From NCBI RefSeq assembly GCF_009914755.1, contig NC_060947.1: 64,000 bases of DNA, one strand, 5' to 3'. The notes beneath the pieces were generated by a model. That model worked only from the letters and a program-made list of their open reading frames with translations, searched no databases and was not told where the DNA came from. This stretch comes from the human T2T-CHM13v2.0 reference genome, Homo sapiens. Each line of letters opens with the position of its first letter. The stretch's first letter is position 1. Of the stretch, positions 29,821 to 43,784 are shown one piece after another. Both the position numbers and the translations under genes were made by a program.

Positions 29821-32800
29821 TTGTCTGTGTCCTTCTTATTCCCGGTGAGTTTTGTACCTTCAGATGACTTCTTACTGCCAATTAACACCATTTGCTTTCT
29901 GATTGAAGTACTCCACGCATTCCTTGTAGGACAATTCTGGTGTTGATCAAATCCCTTAGCTTTTGTTTGTCTGAGAAAGTCTTCATTTCTCCTTCATGTT
30001 TGAAGGATAATTTTGCCAGACATACTATTCTAGGCTAAAAGTTTTTTTTCTTCAGTACTTTAAATATTTCATATCACTCCAACCTGGCCTGTAAGGTTTT
30101 CACTGAAAGATCTGCTGCTAGACATGTTGGAGCTCCTATGTATCTTATTTGTTTCTTCTCTTTTGTCTGCTTTTAGGATTCTTTCTTTATCCTTGATCTT
30201 GGAATTTTGATTATTAAATCCCTTGAGGTAGTCTTCTTTGGCTTAAATCTGCTTGGTGTTCTATAACTTGGATATCTATATATCTTTCTCTAAATTTGGG
30301 AAGTTCTTTGTTATTATCCTTTTGAAGCAACTTTCTACCCCTGTCTCTGTCTGTTGCCTCTTTAAGGGCAGTAACTCTTAGATTTGTCCTTCTGAGGCTA
30401 TTTTCCAGATCCTGTAAGCATGCTTAATTTTTTTTATTTTTATTTTTATTTTATCTCCTCTGACTGTGTATTTTTAAATAGACTGTCTTTGAGCTCACTG
30501 GTTCTTTATTCTGCTTGATCAGTTCTCCCATTAGAACTCTGATGCAAATTGCATTTTTCAGCTCCAGAATTTCTGGTTGATTTTTAAAAATTATTTCCGT
30601 CTCTTTGTTAATCTTATCTATAGAATTGTGAATTCCTTTTCTTTATTATCTTGAATGTCTTTGAGTTTCCTCAAAATAACTATTTTGAATCCTCTTTCTG
30701 TACAGTCACATGTTTCTGATTCTCCAGGATTGGTCCCTTGTGTCTTATGTAGTTCATTTGATGAGGCCATGTTTTCCTGGGTGGTCCTGATACTTGTAGA
30801 TGTTTGTCTGTGTCTGGGCATTCAAGAGTTATGTAGTTATTGTAGTGTTCACATTCTGAGATTGTTTGTACGTGTCCTTCTTGGGTAGGTTTTCCAGATA
30901 TTTGAAAGGACTTGGGTTTTGTGATCTAAGCTGTGTCTGCTTTAGGGGGCACCCCAAGCCCAATAACACTGTGATTCTTGCAGAATCAGAGAGGGACCAC
31001 CTTGATGATTTTGGACAAGATCCAGAAGAAGTCTCTGAATTATCAGGCAGAGACTTGATCTTTTCATTACTTTCTCCCAAATGAACAGAGTCTCTCTCTC
31101 TGTTCTGAGACACATGGAGTTGGGAGTGGAGTGATACAAGTACTTCTGTGGCCACCACCACTAGGACTATGCTGTGTCAGACCTGAAGCACAGCACTCAG
31201 TTTCACCCAATGCCTCCTATAGCCACTCCCTGGCTACCACCTATGTTCACTCAAGGCCCTAGGGCTGTACAATCAGATGGTGGCAAAACCAACCAGTCTT
31301 GTGTCTTTTCCTTCAGGACAGCAAATTCCCCCAGGCCCCGGGTGGGTCCAGAGGTGTTGTCCTGGAGCCAGGGACTAGAGTCAAAAACCTTACATGTTTC
31401 TCTGATGTTCTATTATACTGCAGCTGAGCTAGCACACAGACCACAAGATGCAGTTCTCCCCACTCTTTCTTCCCCATTCCAAAGGCAGAGGAACCTCATC
31501 ATGTGGCCACTGCCACCACAGGCCCACAGGGAGTGCTGCCAGACTACTGCTGATGTTTCCTTAAGGCACAAGGGCTCTTCAGTCAGCTTGTGGTGAATGC
31601 TGCCTGTCCTGGGACTCAGCCTTCAGAGTAGTGGGCTCCCCCCGGCCCAGGGCATGTCTAGAAATGTCACCCAAGAGCCAAGTTCTGGAATTGGGAATCC
31701 CAAGAGCCCGCTTGGTGCTCTCCCCCACTGTTGCTGACCTGGTACCTAAGGCGCAAGACAAAGTCCCCATTACTTTTCCCTCTGCTTTTCTCACCCTATA
31801 GCCACCACAGCTCTTAATGTGCTGAGTCTCACCTGAAGCCATCAAGTCTCAGAGTTTCACCCAAGGCCCTTGATGTAGAACTTGGGAGTCACTGCTGATT
31901 ATTCAGGACCCATAGGCTCTTAACAGGTGATGAATACTGCCAGGACTGAGTTCTCCCCTTCAAGGCAGAGGGTGTACTTCTGGCCCACGGTGTTTCTAGA
32001 AATGTCATGTGAAAGCTAGGGTCTGGAAAAGGAGCTTATGACCCTGACTGGTGCCCTATCCTGCTGCAGCTGAGCTCTTATCCAAAATGTAAGACAAAGT
32101 CCTTCCTGCTTTTGCCTCTCTTCTCCTCAAGTGTAAAAGAGAGGGATCTCTTTGCAGCTGTGTGCTCTGCAGCCTTGAGTTAGAGGATGTGTGATGCCAG
32201 CACTTACTTAGCTCCCCCAGCTGGTGTCTTATTAGGTCACGTGCCTCCCCAGAACACTGGCTCTGGGCCCAGCTCGGCCATTAGGACTTACCTAGGAATT
32301 GCTGTCCATGTGGGCTAGACTGCCTTTCAATTTTATCTAGGGTTCCACAGCACTTTATTTTGAGGTGGCGAGGCTTGTGGGAACTCAGTTTTCGACTACT
32401 GGGATCAGTGATTCACTTCTGGCTAGGGCTGGTTTAAACACTCCCTCCATGGGTAGATGTCAGTTGTGTTTGATCCAGTTTGACTTTCTGCTCTAATAGG
32501 GCAGTACCGTACTGCCACTGCCGGGTATTTGGAACAGGTGATGTCAGTGATTCATGACTGTTTTACCTACTTCTTCAGCCTCTTTCAGTGTTATGAAGTT
32601 GAAACCAGGTGCTGTTAGTGGTCACTTGATTTTTGGTTCTTATGAAGTTGCTTTTTTTGTGTAGATACTTGTTAAATGGTGACCTTTGCAGGGAGGACCT
32701 TCTGTTTCAACATTTTGCTGCACTCATTCTCTCTCTGTTTAATCTTAATAGAATGTTTTACTTGGATATTGTAGTTCCTTATTAATTATTTAAATTAACC

Positions 32801-33139
32801 CTGAGAGCTAGTGCAAAAAAAATTCATCCCGTAAGTATCTCTTCTAGGTGACCTAAACGTCATCATAAGCATTTAGGTTGTTTCTTCCTTTTACCTTCTT
32901 GTTAATATAAATATTGTGGTAGTGAAAATTTTTTGTATAATACTTTTTTTCTTATTTAGAATTTTTTGGAGAGATTCTCAAAATGGATTTTATTATTTCT
33001 AAAGTGCATACATGTTAAAGGTTCTAGATGAATGTTGTCACAGAACATTTCTAAAGGGTTGTACCGTTTTACTCCCTCCTTGGTGTAAAATCTTATTAAT
33101 GTTGACTTAAAGAAATTGGCTATCTTGACTGGTAATTTC

Positions 33140-33412
33140 TGCTCACACCTATAATCCTAGCACTTTGGGAGGCTAAGGCTAGAGGGTCCCTTGAAGCTAG
33201 AAATTCGAGACCAACCTGGGTAGCACAGTGAGACCCTGTCTCTAAATAAAAATGAAAAAAAAAAAAGTAGTTGAATGTGGTGACGCATATCTGTAGACCC
33301 AGCTACTCAGGAGGCTGGGGCGCGAGTATCTCTTGAACCTAGTGGTGAGCTATGATCCTGCTACTGCACTCCAGCCTGGGTGATAAAGTAAGATGGTGTC
33401 TATAAAAAAAAA
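33140..33412 (+). mobile_element. Diverged Alu (AluJ-like)
   Basis: gctcacacctataatcctagcactttgggaggc...gtgagctatgatcctgctactgcactccagcctggg, then A tail. Confidence 0.88.
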
Positions 33413-34074
33413 GAATTTGTATATCTTTCTCTGTGATTAAAAATATATTATTTCAATGTTCAGTTTGATTGCTCATGAGGATGAGAATTTCCTACCTTTG
33501 CTTTTAATTGTATATTTTTATGTAACTTGTCTGTTCATATACTTCACCTTTAAGTAAAGTACCTTTGCTTTTTAAGTTTTTGTATTTGTCTGGTACATTT
33601 GGGTGAGCTGTTTATATTATTTTTATATTTAATGTGAATGTCTTCCAAGATTTGTTATTTGCCTTTAGTATTATTCATTTTCCGATAGATCTCTTTGTTA
33701 AATTTATGGAAAATCTCTCTTGTTCATGACGTCTAACATTGCTTGAAAATTTAGAATGTCTTTGTCAGCTAGAGGGTTGATAAATATGTAATACTTTATT
33801 AGACATTTTGTACTTCCAAAAAGTACATATGTAACGCATTTACAGATATTTTTGTCCTTCCACAAAAATTTGAGATGTAAAATCAGACTTACTTGTATTA
33901 TATAACTTAACCAAAACCAAAGTTCACTAATGATTCAAATGATACAAGAAAAATTAGGCAAAGATGTAGCATTTCTTCTTCAAGAAGATGAGATCTGTCA
34001 GACACATCTTCCAAATTGTTCTTTTCTCCCGCCCTAGGATTCCTTTTAGTTTTGAATTAACAGGTGCGTTTTTA

Positions 34075-34297
34075 AATTTTTATTGTGTATATTTAAGATG
34101 TACAACATGATGTTTTGATATACATATACATAGTGAAATGATTTCTATAGTCAAGCAAATTAACATATCCGTCATATCCATCATCCCACACAGTTACATT
34201 TTTTGGTGGCAAAATTACTTAAAATCTGCTCTCTTAGGAAATTTCCAGTACACAATATAATATAATTAACATTAGTCCTCATGCTGTTTATTAGATC
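34075..34297 (-). mobile_element. L1MA (MA8/9-like) 3' fragment
   Basis: gtatatttaagatgtacaacatgatgttttgatatacatatacatagtgaaatg. Confidence 0.7.
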
Positions 34298-34860
34298 AGT
34301 TTGAATGACATTTCTATAAACCTTGTTCCCAAAGAATGCCATTTTTGTTTGATGCTCCTTATTTTTGTACTCTTAATAGTTACATAGATACAAAATGCCT
34401 ATATGATAAATTTCTACTCCTTGTCATCCATGCTCCATAAATTCATAAATTCTATGTATTTTTGATAAGCTCTCTAGGCAGATATGTCAAAGGCCTTCTT
34501 CTTATAAGTCCACTGTGAACACCATTTCAATGTTAACAAAAAACTCTGATCAAGTCCATCATTAACTCCAAGGGAGTTAATTTTTTGAGAATTTTCATGT
34601 CTGAAAGTATCATTTTTCCTCCCACATTTGAATGATATAATTCGATTGAATATATAATTTTGTATTCAAATAATTTTTCTTCAAAATTTTGAAACTATGG
34701 TTATTGTCTTCTATCTTCTCTTGTATTTAGAAATCTGTTATTTTTCTTCTATATCCATTATATGCTACTCAGTGTTTCCTCTTTGAAGCTTTTAGAAACG
34801 TCTCTTTTCTCCTGGTGTTCCATTATTTTATACTGGTGACTTTCATGTGAATCTGTCATC

Positions 34861-34966
34861 ATATATATATATGATTATATATATGTGATTATATATATAT
34901 GATTATATATATATGATTATATATATGATTATATATATGTGATTATATATATATGATTATATATAT
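34861..34966. repeat. Compound (TA)n-GAT tandem repeat, unit ~12-14 bp, at an L1 tail
   Basis: About seven GAT(TA)n units directly before the antisense L1 3' end. Confidence 0.9.
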
Positions 34967-34979
34967 ACACATAAATATA

Positions 34980-37343
34980 TATTTAGGGGATACAAATGCA
35001 GATGTCTTACATGCATATGTTGCATGGTGGTGAAGTCTAGGCTTTAAGGGTACCCATCATCCAAATAGTGAGCACTGTAGCCAGTAGGTAAGTTTTCAAC
35101 CCTCGCCATCTCACACCATCCCACCTTTTGTAATCTCCAATGTCTATTACTCCATGGGGTATGTCCATGTGTCTCCATCGTTTACCTCCCACTTAAAAGT
35201 AAGAACATGCAGTATTTGACTCTGTTTCTGAGTGATTGCATTGAGGATAATGGCTTCCACTTTCATCCATGTTGCTGCAAAATACATGATTTCATTCTTT
35301 TTTATGGCTGAGTACTATTCCATGGTGTGCGTGTATGTGTGTGTGTGTGTGCATGCATGTGTGCATATGTGTGTATCACATTTTCTTTATCCAACATGTG
35401 CAGGTGTCTTTCTGATGTCATGATTTCTTTCTTTTTGGGTTTATGCCCAGTAGTGGGATGGCTAGATCAAATGGTAGTGCAATTTTTAGTTCTTTGGGAA
35501 ATCTCCACACTATTTCCATAAATGTTGTACTAACTTATATTCCCATCAACAGTATATAAGTGTTCACTTTTTTTCCATAGCCTCACTAACATCTGTTGTT
35601 TTTTTAGTTTTTAATAGTAGCCTTTCTGACTAGTGTAAGATAGTATCTCATTGTGGTTTTAATTTGCACCTCGCTGATAATTAGTGATGTTGAAATGTTT
35701 TTCATGTTTGTTGGCTGCATGTTTGTCTTTTTTTGAGAAGTTTCTGTTCATGTCCTTTGCCCACTTTTTAATGGGGTTATTTGTTTTGTTCTTCTTGATT
35801 TGTTAAGTTCTTTACAGATTCTGGATATTAGTCCTTTGTCAGATGCATAGTTAATATTTTCTCCCATTTTGTATGTTGTCTGTTTATTCTTTCTCTTGTT
35901 TATTTTGCTGTTCAGAGGCTTTGTAGTTACAATAAGTCCCATTTGTCCATTTTTATTTTTGTTGTTTTTGGTTTTGAGGACTTGGTTATGAATTCTTTGC
36001 CTGGGTCCATGTCTGGAAGAGCTTCTTCTATGTTTTCTTGTAGGATCATTATAGATTATGGTTTTATATTTAGGTCTTTAATCCATTTTTAATTAATTTT
36101 TGTATATGGTGAGAGGTATGGGTCCAGTTTCATTATTCTGATATGAATTTTAGGATTGTTTTTTCTAATTCTGCGAAAAATGACATTGGTACTTTGATAG
36201 AAATTGTGTTGAATCTCTAGATTGCTTTGGGCAGTATGGCCATTTGATGATAATTGATTCTTCTAATCTGTAAGCATTAAATGTTTTCCCATTTGTTGTG
36301 TCATCTGTGTTTTCTTTCATCAGTGTTTTGTAGCTCTCCTTATAGATATCTTTTACTTCCTTGGTTAGTATTTTATTTATTTTTAAGCTATCGTAAATGA
36401 GATTGCTGTCATTATTTGATCCTCAGCTAGATTATTGTTTGTATATAGAAACACTACTGATTTTTGTATATTAATTTTGTATGCTGAATCTTTACAGAAT
36501 TCATTTATCAAATCTCAGAGGTTTTTAGTAGAGTCTTTAAAGGATGTCAGATTTTATCAATGAGCAGGGATAGTTTGACTTCCTCTTTTTCAGTTTGGGT
36601 GCCTTTTATTTATTTATTTATTTCTCTTGCTTCATTGCTTTGGTAAGGACTCCAGTACTATGTGGAATAGGAGTGTGAAAGCTGGCATCCTTGTCTTGTT
36701 CCAGTTCTTACAGGAAATAGTTTTAGGATGATTGGTATAATTCTTTGTATGTTTGGTAGAATTCAGCTATGAATACACTGGTCCTGGGCTCTTTTGGGTG
36801 GTAGATTTCTTTTTTAAATTACTGATTCAATGTCTTTACTCATTATTGGTCTGTTCAGGAGTTTTATTTTTTCCTGGTTCAATCTTAGAGATTGTATGTT
36901 TCCAGGAATTTGTCCATTTCCTCTAGATTTTCTAGTTTGTGAGTGTACAGTTGCTCATAATAGTCTCTGATGATCTTTTGCATGTCTGTCATATTAGTTG
37001 TAATGTATCTGTTTTCATATCTGATTGTGTCTATTTGAATCTTCTCCCTTCTTTGTTAGTCTGGCTGGTATAATAGCTTATCCGTTTTTTAAACACTTTC
37101 TGAGAACCAGCTTTTCTTTTTGTTAATCCTTTTTGTTGTTTTTTAGTTTCTATTTCATTTAGCTCTGCTCTGATCTTTATTTCTTTTCTTCTGCTAATTT
37201 TGGCTTTGGTTTGTTCTTGTTTTCCTAGTTCCTTAAGGTGTAAAATTAGGTTATTTGTGATCTTTCTTCTTTTTTGATTTAGGCACTTAATGCTGCAAAC
37301 TTCCCTCTTAGCAATGCTTTTGCTATAACCCACAGGTTTTGAT
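34980..37343 (-). mobile_element. L1PB-like element, 5'-truncated, with internal deletions
   Basis: ttaggggatacaaatgcag...tggtgaagtctaggc 3' end; ORF2-like ORFs 35748..35942 and 37031..37333. Confidence 0.8.
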
Positions 37344-39027
37344 CTTCACTATTGTGTTCCATTTTTGTGTTCTTTCAAATGGGGAACTCATGTCCTTTAG
37401 TTCTACAAAGCATTCATAAATTATTTCCTGAAAATTTTCAATCATCGTTTTCTATATTCTCAGATTACTATTGGTTGGATTTTATACTTTATGGATTATG
37501 TCATATATGTGTATATATATGCGTATATATATTTATTTATTATCTTAGGCAGTCTCTCTTATTGCCATTTTCCTCATCTTTTTATTGAATTTCCCAATAT
37601 TTTTCTTACTTGACTTTTCTAAATCTTAAAATCTTATTTTGGCAGTTTTAAATTAGCAAGAGTTCTTAGTATTTACTAATTATTTATTTATAGCCTGTTA
37701 TTTTTGGAAAATAATACCTTTTATTTCTAATTATAATATGATTTCATTGACTTTTTTCTGTTGACTACATTTTCACTACTTTTACTGAATTATTTCTTCC
37801 TTTATGTCTCTCTTTCATGTTGAATAGTTCTTTAATATCTATTGACCCTTGCCTGTTTGCTCATGTTTATTAATACCTCTCAAAAGGCTGGCTTTATCAT
37901 TAAATATTATATCACTGTCTGGCAATCAGGATACTAATGAATGTTTTAATTTTAGGAAGTATGTCTGGGAAATTAGTCTGTGATCTTTAATCTTAGGTGG
38001 TTTGGTTTCTTCAGAAAATGATTCTATAAAAATTTGTGATAGGCAGAGTATAACTTATTTGTTTTAATGAAATAAGGCTCTCTAAATGGTGAAGTAATAT
38101 GCCAGAACAATGCTTTGTTTTTAAAGTTATAGTCAACATATTATTTTCACTGGTTATTCCTAGATGCCAATTTGTAAATGGAAATACAATATTACATGTG
38201 CCACTTTTTTATATATCTGTGGTAACATTGTCTCTTTTAGGATTTCACATGACAGGTTTTGGGAGTAACACAAGGATGAACACTATCCATAACTTTCTCC
38301 TATCCCACATGTCCTGGCCCCCTGTCAAATCATCCATTAATTCCAGTGGCATAATAAAAACACGTGTAAGATACATACATTTTTAGGATCAGAAATTGTT
38401 TTATTTTATTTACTTTTTTTTTCAAAAGCTGGTGATACCCTTTAGTTTTCATTAAGAATTACAAATGTCTTAGAGGTAAGTTTCAAGAAGTATAGGTTTT
38501 TTCCAGTAGATTATAATATCTTCTCTAATGCAGTGAGTATTTTTACAGATACCCCTTTTCTTAATCTTCCATAGAATAGCCATTTACTCCCAGAGTTTTC
38601 TTGTTTTATCTAGGAAATGTTACATACTATGCCAGCTAAATATTTTCTCTGTATTCCAATAAATTTTCCTTCTGCATTTCTGCTCACTTCTGTGTTGTTC
38701 AAACTCTAGTGTGGAGATCATTTTAGCTCTGTTTACTTTTTTCTTAGCTCAATTTCATCTTTTTTATTATCTCAAGGATAATTTTCCTATTTTACTTATA
38801 ATTCATTACCATTAAAAAAATTCCACAAAAGGGAACTTTGTTAATTCAATAAACCAAGATATTTTAGAAATGTTTTTAAATGTTATTTTATTTTCTGGTT
38901 GGGAATATAAAAATATATAGAAACAAATCTTATTTTCTTATTGTTTAGTGTTTTAAAGTATACTAAAAAGTACCTATGGGCTTATATCTGTTGACATTTT
39001 ATCAGTATATTTATGTTCCTCTCACAG

Positions 39028-39122
39028 CATTGCAATCACCATTGAACTTATCTAGTACTAAGTTTGTATTTGAAATCCCTTTACATGAGATGAATCCTAA
39101 TAACAAGGTCACAAAAACTCAG
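39028..39122 (+). CDS. CFAP47: CFAP47 exon F (95 nt, phase 1/0): ALQSPLNLSSTKFVFEIPLHEMNPNNKVTKTQ
   Basis: Acceptor tgttcctctcacag|CAT, donor CAG|gtatgt; phase consistent. Confidence 0.87.
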
Positions 39123-40473
39123 GTATGTATAAAGAAGTGATACAGTTTACAATTCTTTTCATGATTATGAATTCTAGTTTGTTAAGTTGATTATTCATAA
39201 GCATGAGTGATATGAACTATTCCCTATGATTAATTTCTCCCCAATTGTTTATGCTCTTCGGAGCAAGAATACCGGCATTTTTTAGAAAACTTACAGATAA
39301 AATTTCTCAGGAGTAATTTTCAAAATATACAAATACATATACAGCTATTTATAAATACATATACGCATATAATTAATAAGAATATTAAAATAAGTTTAAT
39401 ATAATTAAATTATTCCATTCTCCTTATACAAATGGAAGCTATGATTTAAATTAATATGAAATATATTCCATAGATAAAAGAAAATATGCTAGGAGGCAAT
39501 AATAAATCTGAATAATAATAATAATAATAAAGTAGCTTCTCTATTGAGTTACTATTTTTTCTTAAAGGATATCTCTGCCTCTCTTCTAATTAGGAAGGAA
39601 AACAGACATGCATAAAAAAGAAGCTCAGCACACATTATAGAAATTTGTATTTGCACTGCCCCTTTTTGTCTTATATATTGCTATACCTGTAACCAATTTT
39701 GAACCTTTATAGCATTGAAGAAAAATTATATGGAGAGAATATTTAGCCTTGCATTAATAAAAAAATAGCAGAGTGCTATATAAAATTATAGTTAGAGATC
39801 AATAAAGGATCTACTGAAATTAAAATGTGACTGTTTAGAGTATCAAAAGTCAAGAAAACTACTTTGAATAGAACTTCAAGGATACAAAGACCTTATGTGT
39901 GGGGCTAGAAAGGCAACTTTAATTAACTGAATTTAATGGATTTCAGATAAAAACAATACCTTCATAAATGTGAGATTATTTTATATCATTGAAATTTTAT
40001 TCAATCGATGTAAGCAAAGAAGATCTAGACACCAATAGCATTCTCTCTTTTGAGGAGAAAGAGGGACATTGGCCCCATGGAGAAAAAAAAAACGTGACTC
40101 TAATCTTCTACTTAAACTTCCCATGAATGATATTTGCAGTCATAATATATAAGATATATGGTACAGAGAAGACGTAATATGTTTATGGAAGGTTAATTTG
40201 ACTAAAGGTTTAAGGATTTTGGAATAAAGAAATAAAATTCATTTTACATAGTGGGTAATTAAAGGATATTGTCTAAAGTACAGAGAAAAAGAAAAACAAG
40301 AGATATATATATTTTGCTTAAAATTACCAAGTTGACTAATGGAAGAATTTTAAAATTTTAAAAAATATGAATATCCAAAATAGGAAAAAAATAGGAAGTG
40401 GAGCTGAGTCTTCATTTTTCCTAGTGGGCAGTCAAAAGACAATATCTGAAGCTGATAAACCATAAAATACTCA

Positions 40474-40972
40474 TGCTGCAGGCAGATAATGGCCCCAAAG
40501 ATGCTTAAGTATTAATCTCCAAAATTTGTGAATACATGACCTTATATCACAAAAGATACTTTGCTGACGTAATTATGGTAAAGGACTCGGAGAAGGGAGG
40601 ATTTTCCTGAATTATCTAGGTGGCCCCAATCTAATAACATGAGTGGTTAAAAGCAGAGAACCTTTTCTAACTGTGCTCAGAGGGAGATGTGATGACAGAA
40701 GGGTCAGAGTGATGCAGTGTTCAACTTAGAGGAAGAAGGCCACCAACTGAGGAATGCAGCTGGCCTCTAGAAACTAGAAAAGGCAATGAAATGGGCTCTT
40801 CCCTAGAGCTTTCAGAAAGGAACACAGTTCCTGCTAACACGTTGATCTTAGCCAAATGATATTTGCGTTGGACTTCTAATCTACAGAACTGTGATATATA
40901 ACAATATATTTGTGTTTTCTTAAGTCCCTATGTTTGTGGTAATCTGTTATGGCAGCAACAGAAAACTAACAT
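40474..40972 (+). mobile_element. MLT1 (MLT1D-like) solo MaLR LTR
   Basis: gcagataatggccccaaagatg...tggcctctagaaactagaaaaggc...gttatggcagcaacagaaaactaaca. Confidence 0.8.
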
Positions 40973-41759
40973 AAGCCATATTGGCGTCACATTTAGATAA
41001 AAACTCAAATCACAATTGGCTAAAATTGGTTGCTTCTGGGAAGCAGAACTTTTGATGAAGAGGAATTTGGTGGGACAACTGCTTTTAAACAAGCATTTTG
41101 AACTTTCTGTGTAAGCTGCATACATATATCATTTTGACAAAAATATAAAGAAAAAATAACACTAAACATACTGAACAAATTAACCAATATTTCTTTATAG
41201 ATAACTGTATCATTTCATTTCTCAGAATTATAAGATATAGAAGATAGATAGTATTTTGGAAGTATAATAACTTTTCCTCATTTTAAAATGACAAAAATTA
41301 AGCTTCAAATGGCTGGTATGATTTTGTGCTCATTTCCTGTATTGAAACATGTTGTTTTCTTTAGAATGTGTAAATTAACCTTTTATAGTTAGGATATACC
41401 AATATTAGAGCTAAATAGATGCTTGAGTACTTCAAGGCTTGGGAAAAAAATTGGCTCGTTGTTTATCCTATATGTTTTAAATCAATCATGCTTTAGAAAG
41501 AAATGAGGTATGTATTTTGTTGTGCTGATAATTGTATGGCTCATTCTATAGTCTTCAAATATTTGAAGAGTAAAGTTAATGAAAAAACCTGGTTGATAGT
41601 TTTATTTTAATAGCAGGTTACATTGGAAAGATGAGTCTGCATGCAAGTCAGGCCCATAATGTTCAGATTTACTAAAATGTTTCAAAGCTAGTGCAGAGAA
41701 TTTCTGATAGCTTTCACCCAACTTTACCTAACATTACCTTACACTACCATAGGGCATTT

Positions 41760-43330
41760 TTTTAAAATGAGAAATTAACATTAGTACAACATTATTGACT
41801 AAACAACAGACTCTATTCAGAAATCAATGGTTTTTCACTAATGTCCATTTACTGTCCCAGGGTCCAACCAGGATAGCACATTGCATTTAGTCTCATCCAA
41901 CCTGTGACAGGCTCGCAATCTTGCTTATTTTTTATTATCTTCACGATTTTAAATAGTATTTGTCCAGCATTTTTTGAAAATGTCTTTTAATTTGAGATTG
42001 GTGTTTTTCACCTGATTAGACTGAGTTTTTATTTTCCATGGGTTTTGGAGAAGAATGTTACCGAGGTGAAATAATTTTTTTATCACATCATATAAAGGAA
42101 TACATGATATGAAAATAACTAATTACTGGTGATGTCTGCTAGGTTTCTCCACTGTGAAGTTACTATTTTTCACTTCCCATACTCTATCCTTTGGAAGTGT
42201 GTGATCAATTTTAGCCTACAATCAAGTGGTAGGAGGTTAAGCTCTACTTATATATTACATGTATTACTTGGAAATTTTCTTTAAAAAAGATTATTTCCTC
42301 TCCCTATTTATTTATTTTATTACATAATATGTTAGCATGAACACACATATATTTATTTTTATACTTTCAGTTATAATTTAATATTACATTTTTTATTTTG
42401 TTGCTAAAATTGTTTCTGCTTTGGCCATTATAAGCTCTTCTACGTTGGTCCTTTGACAGGCTCCCATCATTGTGATTTTGAAGTATTTTCTTAGTGGTAC
42501 TACCAAATGTTCCAGGCTCATCTTTTATTTTACTTGCTCCAGCTCTAAAATCAACATTTCTCCAAGATCCCCTAGTACTTTTTATTGTAGAATGATATTT
42601 AGAAACCAAGGTCTAAGTACTGTGTATAAGAGTTGCTACTGCATTGTCACAGGTTCTAGGCCCTTTCAACAATAGAGTCAGGAAATATGTGTATATATAC
42701 TAATCCACATAGACACATATACCTATAATTATTTATATATGTGTCCCTCTCTCTCTATATATATATATCCATACATCCATCTAACACCAGCTCAGACTGA
42801 TATCTCTAATCTAGCACCACAATGTCCATTCCCATCTTTCTCTCTTACTCATTTTTGACTAATTTCTCTGACAGTGAGAAATCTGCCTCTCATTTTTTAC
42901 ACTTCATTTACTTATTTTTTAATCCTAACTTCAAATAAAGAAGTTTCAGAATTTCTAACCTGTGGCCTATTAAAATTGCTGACACGTTTATCACCTAGAG
43001 TACATTATTCATACACAATTCTTACTCTTTAGCCTTGTAGCTTTCAGTCAAAAACACAGTTTTTCAAAGTTACTGACGTCAATTTCTCCCTACCCTAACT
43101 ACATTCAATGAGGTTATTTCACACATTTGTAAGACAGTGTATCAACATTCCAAGATGGATTACAGACTGTGATGCACTGTATTACAGCTGGGTTGCTTGT
43201 TTTTGATTTACATACATTTAAGTTTACATAAGATCTTTGGGTTTTGAAAAATGCATGGAATAATGTGTCTACCACTTCAATGCCATAGAGAACAGTTTCA
43301 TCAGACTAAAAACCCCTTTGTTTGTCTAAT
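41760..43330 (-). mobile_element. L1MC-like 3' region
   Basis: gaaattaacattagtacaac...cactaatgtcc...cacattgcatttagt; tttagaaaccaaggtct. Confidence 0.7.
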
Positions 43331-43469
43331 ATCATTTTAAAGCATTTTATCTATGATTAATCATTTGAATTTATACATAGGCTCATCAAATTGAGATGGT
43401 AATACAACTAAACTTTAGATTGCATGCTATAATTTTAAACTTTTTTTGTCTTTTTGTGTGTGTGAGCAG

Positions 43470-43629
43470 AATCTTGTTTTATATAATATTACCAAACACC
43501 ATGTGACATGGACTTTGGATCTTAGTAATACTGGCAAACTTTTCAAAGACGGCACATTCAAGTTCAGTGTACTGAATGGGATTCTACGACCAAATGAAAA
43601 GTATAATGTTTCCATAAGTTTCTGTCCAA
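43470..43629 (+). CDS. CFAP47: CFAP47 exon G (160 nt, phase 0/1): NLVLYNITKHHVTWTLDLSNTGKLFKDGTFKFSVLNGILRPNEKYNVSISFCP
   Basis: Acceptor tttttgtgtgtgtgagcag|AAT, donor CAA|gtaaga; lies within supplied ORF 43446..43742; L-x-N...G-I-L-R-P...I-S-F-C-P ASH signature. Confidence 0.92.
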
Positions 43630-43784
43630 GTAAGATATTTTCTCCTATATTTGTAGTTATACTTTCAATTTACCCTTCATATATGAAATTGTTTTATTAT
43701 GTATACAGAAATTTAGATTATTTGTTATTTCTTTTAATTTGAATAATTATAAATAATACAATTTTATTAATCTCATTTTTGAAT

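Larger units (their letters stand above)
23772..32732 (-). mobile_element. Apparently full-length L1MA (MA1-3-like), antisense to the gene, with nested insertions
   Basis: 3' UTR at ~23780, RT fragments (ORF 26216..26554), endonuclease fragment (ORF 27989..28477), ORF1 fragment (30618..30821), GC-richer 5' UTR ~31100-32730; degenerate TSD ctctgtttcattttatt (23756) / ctctgtttaatcttaat (32733). Confidence 0.88.
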
